A DNA stretch of 64,000 nt from the sequence record PX393110.1; one strand, given 5' to 3'. A program made the translations under genes and the position numbers. The stretch is from a phage. Below the pieces are notes generated by a model that was not told the origin of the DNA, searched no databases, and saw only the letters and a list, made by a program, of their open reading frames with translations. Below, one piece after another: positions 8,777 to 17,903 of this stretch; within the stretch, counting starts at the first letter, position 1; each line of letters starts with the position of its first letter.

Positions 8777-10291
8777 TTATTTGTTATTCAGATTTAACCC
8801 AGCAATGATCATCTCGGAACGGGTTCCGAAGCTAACATCACCATTAAGCACTGCCGAGGTAAGACGCTGCTTAACGTTACCGTGGCCAATAGACTTCAAC
8901 CAGCTAGGGTGCTTCGTAGGGATAGCATCAGCTTTAATCGCCAGTACCTCACCCTTATCACCCATGCTGCGAACACCGATTCGTCCGTTATTCATCTTAA
9001 CCAGATCAGTACAACCACGAGCAATGATCTCATGGTGAATCGATGCGATACCGATACCGATGTCGTCGAAGATGTGCTTAAGCTGGATTGATGCTAGCTC
9101 TGCACCCTTAATAGCCGACCCAGCTTCGTGAGCAAGATCCGTGATGCACTTATACTTAGACTCGGATACCTGAGCTACCGCAGTACCTCTACCACCTACC
9201 GTCTTCAGGATGTCAGCCAAGGTATTACTTACCGAAGTACCGAATTCCTTAAGAGTAGTCGAGCCAGATGTATGCTTACCACGAAGACCAGCCTGGGTAG
9301 ATGGTTCGGAGATATGCTGCGCCGACGCCGTTCCAATACCGAAGTTAATCGGGAAGAAGTTAGCTGGTTTAGCCGGATCCATACCGCAGCAATGCTGACA
9401 TACCCCACCCTTAGTCGATTCACAGGTAATCGGGCTAAGGACTTTAACGTTACCCTCTTCATCAGCTAACTGATCAACATTCTCCTTAGTGATCAGTACT
9501 CGATCATTAGTGAATCGATACAGTGCCGATTTCTTAGGTAGGGTAATCACTTCCTTAGTTCCGCAATCTTCTTCCACAATAGACAGCTCACGAGAGCAGT
9601 TAACCAGCTGACGAGCGAACCAGCCAGTCGCAGGTACCAGGAAGAAGTTACCAGCCAGACCCTTACGAGCAGGTCCGCAGGTGTTGAAGTAGTTGATAGG
9701 AGACAACCCGGAGCTTAAGTTCTCCATAATCGGCATCGGCATGATCTTACCAGTCATACCTACCAGAAGACCCTTAGCTACTACCATCGAGCGAACCTGG
9801 GGAGGAGATACACGAGCGCCAGATACACCCATCGCATACAGAGGATTATGACGGTCTACCTCTTTGAACCAGCGATCAGTACATTCGTTGATCACCTTAT
9901 CAGCAGCCACCAGACGATCCTCGTACTTCATCTTACCGAGTTCCTGGGTCATTGATGGGAAGTCGATACCGAAGTCAAACTTAGTGTCGTCATAGCACAA
10001 GCTAAGTCCAGACATAGTTGCTTTATGGAACCCGAACTGCTGCAACTTATGGAGTCTACGCCCAGCTACTTCCGGAGTGTAGTTATTATTGATGTGAGAG
10101 ACGATCTTCGCAGATTCCTTCTTATCGATTTCTTTTTCTGGAAGATAGCCACTGATTTCCCAAATAAACAGTCGACCGATAGTAGTTTCTTTAGGACCAT
10201 CAGAGAAGTAAAAACGCACCGGAGTGGTGTAGGTTGCTTCTTTCATATCAATAAGACGGTGTAATTCATTCAAGGACTTTGATACGATCAT
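8777..10291 (-). CDS. multisubunit RNA polymerase beta-prime, C-terminal half
   Basis: TTIGRLFIWEI, GLSLCYDD, SGARVSPPQVRSMV, bridge-helix-like CGPARKGLAGNF..TGWFARQLVN, EEDCGT, GVCQHCCG, trigger-loop-like AQHISEPSTQ, and C-terminal EMIIAGLN. All are collinear with the C-terminal half of RpoC. Confidence 0.85.
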   Translation of the reverse strand: MIVSKSLNELHRLIDMKEATYTTPVRFYFSDGPKETTIGRLFIWEISGYLPEKEIDKKESAKIVSHINNNYTPEVAGRRLHKLQQFGFHKATMSGLSLCYDDTKFDFGIDFPSMTQELGKMKYEDRLVAADKVINECTDRWFKEVDRHNPLYAMGVSGARVSPPQVRSMVVAKGLLVGMTGKIMPMPIMENLSSGLSPINYFNTCGPARKGLAGNFFLVPATGWFARQLVNCSRELSIVEEDCGTKEVITLPKKSALYRFTNDRVLITKENVDQLADEEGNVKVLSPITCESTKGGVCQHCCGMDPAKPANFFPINFGIGTASAQHISEPSTQAGLRGKHTSGSTTLKEFGTSVSNTLADILKTVGGRGTAVAQVSESKYKCITDLAHEAGSAIKGAELASIQLKHIFDDIGIGIASIHHEIIARGCTDLVKMNNGRIGVRSMGDKGEVLAIKADAIPTKHPSWLKSIGHGNVKQRLTSAVLNGDVSFGTRSEMIIAGLNLNNK

Positions 10292-10310
10292 TACTTAATT
10301 CTCCAAATTA

Positions 10311-10625
10311 TTATGCAGCTACGGATAAGTTTTCAAGGTAACTAACCACTCGGTCGGAATGGCGGAAGATCTTCGGATCCTGAGGTAAGTCAGTCGCGAA
10401 GTTGTGGAAGATCTTGTAGTAGATCTCCCGACGCTGCTCGTCGTTCTTATGAGGAACTCGAACAGTTATGGAAATAGTCTGATCTCCCTTATCCACCAGG
10501 ATGTACGGGAAACCTGTAGAGGAAGCAAATACCCCACGGTAGTTAACACGGTCGAACAGATTACTGAGCATCTGATACGATTTACGCTGGCGGAAAGTAG
10601 CCTTAGACGGATCAAAGTACTGCAT
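10311..10625 (-). CDS. hypothetical protein
   Basis: ORF track 10311..10751. The ATG at 10625 (MQYFDPSK...) has a GAGGAG RBS. Confidence 0.45.
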   Translation of the reverse strand: MQYFDPSKATFRQRKSYQMLSNLFDRVNYRGVFASSTGFPYILVDKGDQTISITVRVPHKNDEQRREIYYKIFHNFATDLPQDPKIFRHSDRVVSYLENLSVAA

Positions 10626-10956
10626 TGATAATCTCCTCAGCCTGATGATCAACCAGGAATACTCCACACTGACCATCATAACCAATACGTTGTGCATTAA
10701 AGCCATACACAGTAATAACTTCAGATATGCCGTCGATAGGATCAGTTTCACCAGTACGAATCACTGGGTAGCGACCAGACAGGATATACTGCTCAATCAC
10801 CATGGCCCAGTGATCGTTATGAGACGACCCAGCCACAATCTTATCAGGCTCGGTGAGGATCAGGTCAGCGAACTTACGCAGAGCGGCCTCCTCGAAGCCA
10901 TCAACATCTGCCAAGGTCACCAGACCATGTTCCTTCTTGAACTCGTCACTAATCAT
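10612..10956 (-). CDS. hypothetical protein
   Basis: ORF track. GGAGG RBS. ATGA overlap with the upstream stop. Confidence 0.5.
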   Translation of the reverse strand: MISDEFKKEHGLVTLADVDGFEEAALRKFADLILTEPDKIVAGSSHNDHWAMVIEQYILSGRYPVIRTGETDPIDGISEVITVYGFNAQRIGYDGQCGVFLVDHQAEEIINAVL

Positions 10957-11420
10957 AAAGCCTCCAGAACTAAGTGGACGTTATTCCCTACGCTGTCATT
11001 TACAACGATATGGGATTTAAACTTATACATTTCGTTGATCACATCGGTCATGTGAATCACCGGAATATACACTCGGTCAGAACCAACTACTGCAACTTCA
11101 TTAAGCCAGTCGTAGTCGATTTCATGGGTCTTCAGAAGATTTATGAGATCACGGTACATGAAGCTTACAGACTTGATTCCGCCACTCATACGAGCAGCCC
11201 AGTCTGTAGCAGGGACGGATTCGATTTCCTTCCTACCTTTCATCTTACGGCGAAAGATGGCGGACTGAACGTTCCATAACTCTGAGAATTCTTGATCGGG
11301 GATTTCTCGACCATGCTTGGTCCGGGAGACCAGTCGAGCTTGAGGATCGGCATTAGGACGGAACTGCTCAGCAATAGAAGGAGCAGCTTGTTGGAAGGCA
11401 GCGAAAAGGGATGTAGACAT
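10953..11420 (-). CDS. hypothetical protein
   Basis: ORF track 10953..11465. The ATG at 11420 (MSTSLFAAF...) has a GGAG RBS, behind a degenerate class-2 core. Confidence 0.5.
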   Translation of the reverse strand: MSTSLFAAFQQAAPSIAEQFRPNADPQARLVSRTKHGREIPDQEFSELWNVQSAIFRRKMKGRKEIESVPATDWAARMSGGIKSVSFMYRDLINLLKTHEIDYDWLNEVAVVGSDRVYIPVIHMTDVINEMYKFKSHIVVNDSVGNNVHLVLEAL

Positions 11421-11465
11421 GACTTTCTCCAGTCTTTCAAGGTCGCAGGCAACGCGACGGATCAT

Positions 11466-11523
11466 TCGGCGGGGAACGCCCCGCGCCCAAGTTAACGGGC
11501 TGCAGAGCGCTCCAGACTTCGTT
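11466..11523 (-). promoter_or_regulatory. class-2 cassette c (degenerate)
   Basis: Core 11477..11508 AGCCCGTTAACTTGGGCGCGGGGCG, then hairpin GCGGGG-CGTT-CCCCGC. AAAAATAAAACGA upstream. Confidence 0.4.
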
Positions 11524-11817
11524 TTATTTTTGGTTTTGAGCTTGCTGGAACATCTTGGTGATTTCCAGCATCAGGTCACGGTAGTCAGAAGTCTGAACTC
11601 CTTCCAAACCGTAGTCGGCAATGATTGACTTGAAGTAGTTCATACCGTCCTGGAGGTTATTGAACTCCAGAGGATCTTCAGCCATCGCCAGGTAGACTTC
11701 GGACATAACCACTGGACGGCCATCTTTCTCATCAACGAAAGCAACCAGAACAGCCAGCTCATCTTTGTCAGCAACTGTAGGATTGGAAGAGAAACCGAAG
11801 TTTTTAGCAGTAAACAT
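11524..11817 (-). CDS. small acidic hypothetical protein (class-2 cassette gene)
   Basis: ATG at 11817 (MFTAKNFG...), behind the leader TAATTTGGAGCTAATT. Confidence 0.55.
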   Translation of the reverse strand: MFTAKNFGFSSNPTVADKDELAVLVAFVDEKDGRPVVMSEVYLAMAEDPLEFNNLQDGMNYFKSIIADYGLEGVQTSDYRDLMLEITKMFQQAQNQK

Positions 11818-11941
11818 AATTAGCTCCAAATTATAACGAACCGTGAAGCGGCCAACCCGCCCCACCCAAAAGAACGGGCTTTAGGACCTCTCAGAGTTCG
11901 TTTTATTTTTCAAAAACATTTCAATAATGAAAAATATTTTT
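11818..11941 (-). promoter_or_regulatory. class-2 cassette d
   Basis: Core 11857..11887 TAAAGCCCGTTCTTTTGGGTGGGGCGG, then hairpin GCGG-GTTGG-CCGC and TAATTTGGAGCTAATT. 12-bp AT inverted repeat ATTTTTCAAAAA/TTTTTGAAAAAT upstream. Confidence 0.55.
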
Positions 11942-11965
11942 GAAAAATAGGCCATCCTTGGCCTA
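11942..11965 (-). terminator. intrinsic terminator
   Basis: UAGGCCA-AGGA-UGGCCUA followed by UUUUUC, 6 nt after the stop at 11971. Confidence 0.6.
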
Positions 11966-11970
11966 ATGAA

Positions 11971-13422
11971 TCAGCGAGCTTTGCTGATTGCCTGGGTAAT
12001 ACGTTGGGACTGTTTACGCCAGGATTGCTGCAGACGAGGATTAAGCTTCATGATTACAGACATAATCATGGCCAGTACTCCACGCTTAGCCTTAGGACTA
12101 CCAGACTTAGCATCCTTCAGGTATTTACGAGCCACAGTTTTAATATCCTGGGATGGCCAGGTCTTAACGACTGGTGACTTAACCTGCTTAGCCAGCGCTA
12201 CGAAGATGACCAGAGTGCTGATAAGGTCGGAGGTACGTACAGAACCTTTACCGCCCATCAGTACTTCGATAACCTTGTTAACGCGACGGAGCACTTCCGA
12301 CGGAGCCGCTTCGTCTACTCCCTCAGGCATAGCCGTACTCTCAGCAGCAGATAGCTTCCAGGAGTTAGCAGTAGCCATATCGGTAGTGTAGCATGCGGAC
12401 AGATCATCGTCGGATGCTTCGGACAGATTCATGAACTCGTTCTTAGTCGGGTTCCAAACCATGTCCTTGTACTTAATGTACCAGCGACCACCATCGTCTT
12501 TGATCATATCAGGGACTTCTCCCTTAGACAGATCTTCGTTGACAGATCGTCCCATCAACCAGCGGTAAACAGGTTTCAGATCCCAGCGACCGTCAGGAGT
12601 AACCTTCACATCCTGGCCAGTCAGATCCTTAATTACCTGAGTTACGTTATCGCCAGTCTGGTTGATCTTATGGTTAGTCACCAGCTGCGCTACGGACTTC
12701 TTATTACCCTGATCGTCGGTACGTTCTGCACCACGTAAGATCATGGTGGAGTTAATCTGGTCCATAGTGAATCCAGCATCGATAAGACGCTTGATCTGAG
12801 CCATGACCTGATCATACTCCTTCGGTAGATCGTCCACAAACTCGTTGAGCTGCAGACCAGCACCACTCGTCATGCTACCACGACCTGCCGCATCACCAGT
12901 AATCAATCGGGCAATTACCACTAGCTTAGAGCTGGAAGATAGTTTAGGATGGTTGATAAACTTATCTAAAAAATCGTTTATCGTAGTGATCTCTTCAGGG
13001 TTATTATTTCTGTTGCTGGCAGCCAACTCTGTGAACATACCCATAGCAGAACCATCCGGAGTCTCATAAGCATCCATCATGTTCAGCTGGGTAGAGCCAC
13101 CTTCGCCATCTTCCGCAAAGAATGCATCAGCAGAGAACGTACCAGAACGAACTTCTTTCTGTACGAACTCTCGTAGCAAATTCTTAGCCATCTGCTGGGG
13201 CATCATCATAAGATAAGAATAGTAGTCACGCAGGTTAGCATCACTGGTATTCTGCATCTTGCGGAACATAGTATACCATTGACTGCTCTTACCATTCTTC
13301 TCGATGTCAGCGACAGCGTGATCAATCATACGCTGGTCGATGAAACGCTCTACCGAGGCTAGATCCTCGTCCACTATTTGTTCACTCATCAACAGAGTGA
13401 GTAAATTTTGGGCCTTAGTCAT
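11971..13422 (-). CDS. hypothetical protein (483 aa)
   Basis: ORF track. The ATG at 13422 has a GGAG RBS. A terminator hairpin follows the stop. No motif recognised. Confidence 0.6.
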   Translation of the reverse strand: MTKAQNLLTLLMSEQIVDEDLASVERFIDQRMIDHAVADIEKNGKSSQWYTMFRKMQNTSDANLRDYYSYLMMMPQQMAKNLLREFVQKEVRSGTFSADAFFAEDGEGGSTQLNMMDAYETPDGSAMGMFTELAASNRNNNPEEITTINDFLDKFINHPKLSSSSKLVVIARLITGDAAGRGSMTSGAGLQLNEFVDDLPKEYDQVMAQIKRLIDAGFTMDQINSTMILRGAERTDDQGNKKSVAQLVTNHKINQTGDNVTQVIKDLTGQDVKVTPDGRWDLKPVYRWLMGRSVNEDLSKGEVPDMIKDDGGRWYIKYKDMVWNPTKNEFMNLSEASDDDLSACYTTDMATANSWKLSAAESTAMPEGVDEAAPSEVLRRVNKVIEVLMGGKGSVRTSDLISTLVIFVALAKQVKSPVVKTWPSQDIKTVARKYLKDAKSGSPKAKRGVLAMIMSVIMKLNPRLQQSWRKQSQRITQAISKAR

Positions 13423-13458
13423 TATTTTCTCCAATATGTCGACATAAAAGGATGATGA

Positions 13459-14184
13459 TCAGTCATCCTGGGTAGAAGCTCCTTCCTTAAGTTTAGCTTC
13501 TAATTTCTCCCGTATTAACGGAAGGAATTCTATTCTCCTAACTTCTGTATGGCCACTCTGGATAATATGCTTGACTAGGTCGTAGTCGACTCTAGGAGTA
13601 GATACTTTAATATCATACTCTAAGTCAGTGGCATCTAATTTATTCATCTTAAAGAATTCGGGAATAACATTACGTATCCTGGAGTGTGGATCGTTAGTCA
13701 CTCCTATTTTCACGAACGAGTCGTCCACTACCCAAATATAAAAATAGCACTCTTCATTAAGAGAGGCTAGAGCTATCTGCCTATCACAGCTAGCTCGTTT
13801 CTCTGGATCAGAGTAAGTTTTACGTATAGATTCTGCATTCTTTAATCTAAAATTTGGATCCTTCTGATTCTCTACAAATATTTTCCTAACGACATCTCTA
13901 TGTTTAGGATAATTATTACTGCATGTGGTGCTGCAGAAGTTAGAGTGACCTTGAACTAATCCACGGAAAGTAGACTCTCCTCCACAGTTTAGACATACGC
14001 CATACCCAGGATCAGTTATAATATCCTTAGGTATGTCTAGCGCAGTTTTATTGTGGCACTTCCGGAGATGGACACCAAATGATCTCTTATAATTATAAGA
14101 GGTATCTGGATCGTCGCAATACGGACAAATCCATCTTTGCGTGGTAAAGTTGTAATACTTACTCAGAAACTCTTCATGTGTCAT
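13459..14184 (-). CDS. Zn-finger + T5orf172/GIY-YIG-like domain protein (possible homing-endonuclease-type gene)
   Basis: N-terminal Cys/His clusters (CPYC...HLRKCH, CLNCGG...CSTTC). The C-terminal YFYIWVVDDSFVKIGVTNDPHSRIRN resembles the T5orf172 core. Markedly AT-rich. Sits next to the DNA polymerase gene. Confidence 0.45.
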   Translation of the reverse strand: MTHEEFLSKYYNFTTQRWICPYCDDPDTSYNYKRSFGVHLRKCHNKTALDIPKDIITDPGYGVCLNCGGESTFRGLVQGHSNFCSTTCSNNYPKHRDVVRKIFVENQKDPNFRLKNAESIRKTYSDPEKRASCDRQIALASLNEECYFYIWVVDDSFVKIGVTNDPHSRIRNVIPEFFKMNKLDATDLEYDIKVSTPRVDYDLVKHIIQSGHTEVRRIEFLPLIREKLEAKLKEGASTQDD

Positions 14185-14200
14185 AATATTCTCCGCTTAG

Positions 14201-14234
14201 AATAAAATGGGCTAGATGGTGAAGCGGCACCATC
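14201..14234 (-). terminator. promoter-proximal hairpin + U-rich tract
   Basis: GATGGTG-CCGCTT-CACCATC, then TAGCCCATTTTATT. It lies between class-1 copy 1 and ATG 14184. Confidence 0.35.
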
Positions 14235-14263
14235 AGGGGAGCTACCCTTTTCGCCCAAACACT

Positions 14264-14294
14264 TTAACAGCCTTTCGAGTCATCAAAAGAGCGG
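14264..14294 (-). promoter_or_regulatory. class-1 motif copy 1
   Basis: CCGCTCTTTTGATGACTCGAAAGGCTGTTAA, 79 nt before ATG 14184 and 2 nt after the upstream stop. Confidence 0.6.
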
Positions 14295-14296
14295 TT

Positions 14297-14566
14297 TTAT
14301 CGAATTAGCCCATACTTCCATGCCATTACATGCGCAGGTTCGTTATGAGCGAAGAATGCGGTACCCTTCTTGGTAGTAAGCACCAAACACGGCTTATTTC
14401 CCATCATATCAGCCATGCTAGCTACCACAGTCTTCTCAGACCCAGGCTTAGCCGGATCAATGCCCATAGCTATTTTATGAGCAGTTGTCTTACCAGGACG
14501 TCTCGGATTAGATACCAAGACTTTAGGGGAGGTCTTTCGGCCACCCTTACGCTGCTTTCTCGCCAT
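14297..14566 (-). CDS. small basic hypothetical protein
   Basis: ORF track. Lys/Arg-rich N-terminus. Overlaps the polymerase stop by 20 nt. Confidence 0.45.
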   Translation of the reverse strand: MARKQRKGGRKTSPKVLVSNPRRPGKTTAHKIAMGIDPAKPGSEKTVVASMADMMGNKPCLVLTTKKGTAFFAHNEPAHVMAWKYGLIR

Positions 14567-17500
14567 GTTTAGGCTCCAGAGTTATTTTAGCCTTAAGCTC
14601 GATATACTTACATCCCCAGCCTGTACCGTCGGAACGAATACCGGATTTGGAGTTGAAGCTGTTAGCTATAGAGTTTAACTTCTCCTTCTCCTTAAGGATC
14701 TCTACGTATGGAGTCCACTGGCTATACTGATCGAGAGCTTCCAGTAGTTTCTCCAATGCAGACTCACGACCCTCAACGATCAGCCATCCGGAACCATCTT
14801 CGTTAACTCCATAGTCATCCAGACCCATCAAGGAACCGCCCCGAGCACCGAATTCGATATCAGTGCGCATAGGCATATCCCAGAGTTCACGAATAGCCCC
14901 CTCCATATTCTCACGAGTCTTCTGGAACACCTTGAACATCTCGTTGATTCCGGATGTGGTATCCAAGGAGTCGTGGACCATGATGTGAGTCTCGGCCTCC
15001 ATATTGGACTGCTTAAAGTCCTCATCCAGGAAGTACATACCTGCGCCAGCAACCATCGACGAAGTATTCTGGATAGGATAGTTCACCGAAGTAGAGTTAA
15101 CGTTGGTACCTTCCAGGTTGATACGGTTACCGAAGTAACCATAAGCATACCCAGTCTCGAAGCCATTTTTCTTGGTAGCATCAATCCATGCCTTAAGACC
15201 GGTAAACTTACCGAATACCGTGTCCATCAGATTCTGAGCACGCTCCATATCACCACCAGTAGCAACCATCGCTACCGATTCAAGGCTAGACTGGTATACT
15301 AATGCGAAGTTAATCGCCTTACCACCCTTACGCTCAACATCAGTTACTTCAGGTTCAGACTTCTGGTATGCAATCGAGCTAACGAATCGGTGCATGTCGC
15401 CACCAGATAAGAATACGTTCTTCATATCCGAGTCATCGGCGAACACGCTAACCATCACCAGCTCAGCCTGGCTAAAGTCCTGGTGGTACCACAGGCCACC
15501 CTCCGGCTTAGATACCCAGATGTTACGCAGAGTACTGTCGCCAGGAACGTTATGAATACCTGCCTGCCAACGAGATGTAATCGCAGCCAACGAGTTAAAG
15601 TCCGGAGTCATGATGTAGCAATCTTCACCATCCTGCAACTTCGGATTATCCCAGTCGTACTTACGAACTCGCAGCGGAGGTAAACCATCACGTAGTTTAG
15701 CTGCCCATACCGTCTGGCGTCCTACCTTACCATCAATGTATGTAGCAATCTGTTTGTAGTGACGCTTATACATCTTCAGGTCAACCATCATACGGAACGA
15801 TGTATTCCAGGTAGACTCGTCATCCGGATTAACTCCCAACATCAACTGGTGAATAGCCAATTGGGCATCGAGAACATCCGCTTTAAACTTATTCGTGAAT
15901 CGCTCTTCATAAGCTTCCAGACCGTCCTGGACGCACATGGCAATTAACTCCCGAACATGCTTAGACTCAGCAGTATCCCCGAATTGGATGATCCTGGTTA
16001 AGATCTCATCTACCGGAAACTCCCGGAAGAATTCCCTCTCCAGCTTCTCCGAATCCTTAGGCACGAACCCCTTAGAGATCGCCAGCAGGGTTTTATCCCA
16101 GTAGTCATGCACCTTAAGCTGGTCCATTACAGACCATAGCATGGTACACATCTCTACTTCATCAGTAAGATAGGCTTTCCAGAACTTCTCCTTATTAGCC
16201 TTATCGTTACTGTTAGGGTTGAAGAATCCTGACAGATCAGCAATCTTCCCAGCCAGAGTAGTAACCATCTTACGGCGCTCTTGTCCACCAGGAGTGTACC
16301 ATACGTTCTCGTACGGCAACTCTCGATAGATAAAGTCGCGAGCTGTAAGCATCTGGTCAGGAGGTAACTTAAGGTTAGGGATTAGGCTAACCAAGTGCTC
16401 CGACATTTTGCTCATGCAATAGTCGTACTCTTTAGTCGCCTCTTCGTCATCCCAACGAATACCGTTAGCTTCGAAGATAGATGCCAGGTATGGATGTAAC
16501 ATATATACGTTATACCCATCCTTATACTTATCGTAAAACATCTCGTGGATGAACACACCGTACGCGGAGTCATAGCAGCAGTACTCCCCAAGAATCTCAC
16601 GAGGAATCGCACCCCACTCATATGGGTAGAACGATGCCAAGTAAATAATCTCGGATTCTTCGAGCTCCTCCGATAGTTCGGCTATCTTATCCAGCATAAA
16701 CTGGTTGAAGTTAACAGGAATACGATTCTTAGCCGCCTTAGTCGGAGCCGCTTCCACGAGTTTCTCGTACTCAGCTTTAAGAGCTAGGTGATGCTCAATA
16801 TTGAACTCGCCAGACTGAATCTCTGCAATCTGCTCAGGAGTACAACGCTTCTTCATATCCTTGAAGATAGCTGCCCAACGATCCTTCCATTCGTGTACCG
16901 ACCCTTCCCAGAAGTCTGCATGTAAATAACGACGAGCAGCATCTTTCAACGAGCTCCGTTCGCCATGCATAGTCAGAGTTACAATCGCATCGATAAACTT
17001 GCAGAATACGTCTAACCAATGCCACGTAGTCTTAATCTCGTACGGACAGTTAAACGCCACGATCTGCTCCTGGAACTTAACCAGGAAGTCACGCAAGAAT
17101 CCTAGCTGTTCCGGAGTCTCTTTACCGGTAACATTGTACCATACGGACTTGGCATCCTTATCACCAATCTTCTTAGCGATACTGAATCCAGTGATCCGGA
17201 AGTCTACCGAGAATAAATCAGCTGCGTTAGACTCATAGTCGAGGCCGAGATAGCCTTTGTACCCAGACCACATAATGTCGTTAAGGAACTCCTGGAGGCC
17301 GTTCCAGTCGACGAATTCCCACTCTACATTATATTCGGATTCTTTCTGGCCGAATACCAGAAACTTAAAACGATCAATCCACGAATCAAGTATACCAGGA
17401 TCAGAATCCAGATTACGTTCAACCTGGGCATGGTGCATGACTACAGCTAGCTTAAAGTTATACTCCGGTATGTTACCCAGAGGGAACTTCAGTAGCTTAT

Positions 17501-17834
17501 CCAGAGTCTTCTTATGCGTATAGCCTGGGGATATAGTCGCAGCTAATTGGCGACCCAAAGTCATTACATGCTTAACGCCATGCTTTTCACACAGCTCGTA
17601 AAAGTTGAGACCATCCTTATCACGGATTTCGTCTATGTTAGACAGCTCTTCGAAAGTACCATCTCTGTTGATCTCTATCAGACCAACTTTGTTATGTACC
17701 CCAGCTGTAATTAGCGCTACATCAAGAGTTTGGCCAGCATTCGATGCAGCAAACGGAGGAGCATCATTATTCTCGCGCTCGTCCCCGATAATGACATAGT
17801 CTACTTCGCCAACTAAATTGTGATTCAGAAACAT
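14547..17834 (-). CDS. family-A DNA polymerase with N-terminal UDG-like domain
   Basis: Pol motif A DFSQAELVMVS, motif B RKGGKAINFALVYQSS, motif C MVHDSLD. Exo-like GLDYES. The N-terminal IIGDERENNDAPPFAASNAGQTLDVAL resembles family-4 UDG (GEGPG..G.PFVG.AGQLL). ATG at 17834. Confidence 0.85.
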   Translation of the reverse strand: MFLNHNLVGEVDYVIIGDERENNDAPPFAASNAGQTLDVALITAGVHNKVGLIEINRDGTFEELSNIDEIRDKDGLNFYELCEKHGVKHVMTLGRQLAATISPGYTHKKTLDKLLKFPLGNIPEYNFKLAVVMHHAQVERNLDSDPGILDSWIDRFKFLVFGQKESEYNVEWEFVDWNGLQEFLNDIMWSGYKGYLGLDYESNAADLFSVDFRITGFSIAKKIGDKDAKSVWYNVTGKETPEQLGFLRDFLVKFQEQIVAFNCPYEIKTTWHWLDVFCKFIDAIVTLTMHGERSSLKDAARRYLHADFWEGSVHEWKDRWAAIFKDMKKRCTPEQIAEIQSGEFNIEHHLALKAEYEKLVEAAPTKAAKNRIPVNFNQFMLDKIAELSEELEESEIIYLASFYPYEWGAIPREILGEYCCYDSAYGVFIHEMFYDKYKDGYNVYMLHPYLASIFEANGIRWDDEEATKEYDYCMSKMSEHLVSLIPNLKLPPDQMLTARDFIYRELPYENVWYTPGGQERRKMVTTLAGKIADLSGFFNPNSNDKANKEKFWKAYLTDEVEMCTMLWSVMDQLKVHDYWDKTLLAISKGFVPKDSEKLEREFFREFPVDEILTRIIQFGDTAESKHVRELIAMCVQDGLEAYEERFTNKFKADVLDAQLAIHQLMLGVNPDDESTWNTSFRMMVDLKMYKRHYKQIATYIDGKVGRQTVWAAKLRDGLPPLRVRKYDWDNPKLQDGEDCYIMTPDFNSLAAITSRWQAGIHNVPGDSTLRNIWVSKPEGGLWYHQDFSQAELVMVSVFADDSDMKNVFLSGGDMHRFVSSIAYQKSEPEVTDVERKGGKAINFALVYQSSLESVAMVATGGDMERAQNLMDTVFGKFTGLKAWIDATKKNGFETGYAYGYFGNRINLEGTNVNSTSVNYPIQNTSSMVAGAGMYFLDEDFKQSNMEAETHIMVHDSLDTTSGINEMFKVFQKTRENMEGAIRELWDMPMRTDIEFGARGGSLMGLDDYGVNEDGSGWLIVEGRESALEKLLEALDQYSQWTPYVEILKEKEKLNSIANSFNSKSGIRSDGTGWGCKYIELKAKITLEPKHGEKAA

Positions 17835-17844
17835 GTTTAACTCC

Positions 17845-17898
17845 AAAAATAAACCTCCGCCAATTTAACAGCCTTTTAGGCCGCTAAAAAGGCGGAGG
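17845..17898 (-). terminator. hairpin enclosing class-1 copy 2, followed by U-run
   Basis: CCTCCGCC...GGCGGAGG followed by TTTATTTTT, just before the polymerase RBS. Confidence 0.35.
17865..17895 (-). promoter_or_regulatory. class-1 motif copy 2
   Basis: CCGCCTTTTTAGCGGCCTAAAAGGCTGTTAA, 30 nt before the polymerase ATG 17834. Flanked by the 8-bp inverted repeat CCTCCGCC/GGCGGAGG. Confidence 0.6.
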
Positions 17899-17903
17899 TA
17901 TCT

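Noticed and set aside
11966-12391. 141-aa plus-strand ORF
   Set aside because: It lies entirely inside, and antisense to, the 483-aa minus-strand ORF, with no RBS.
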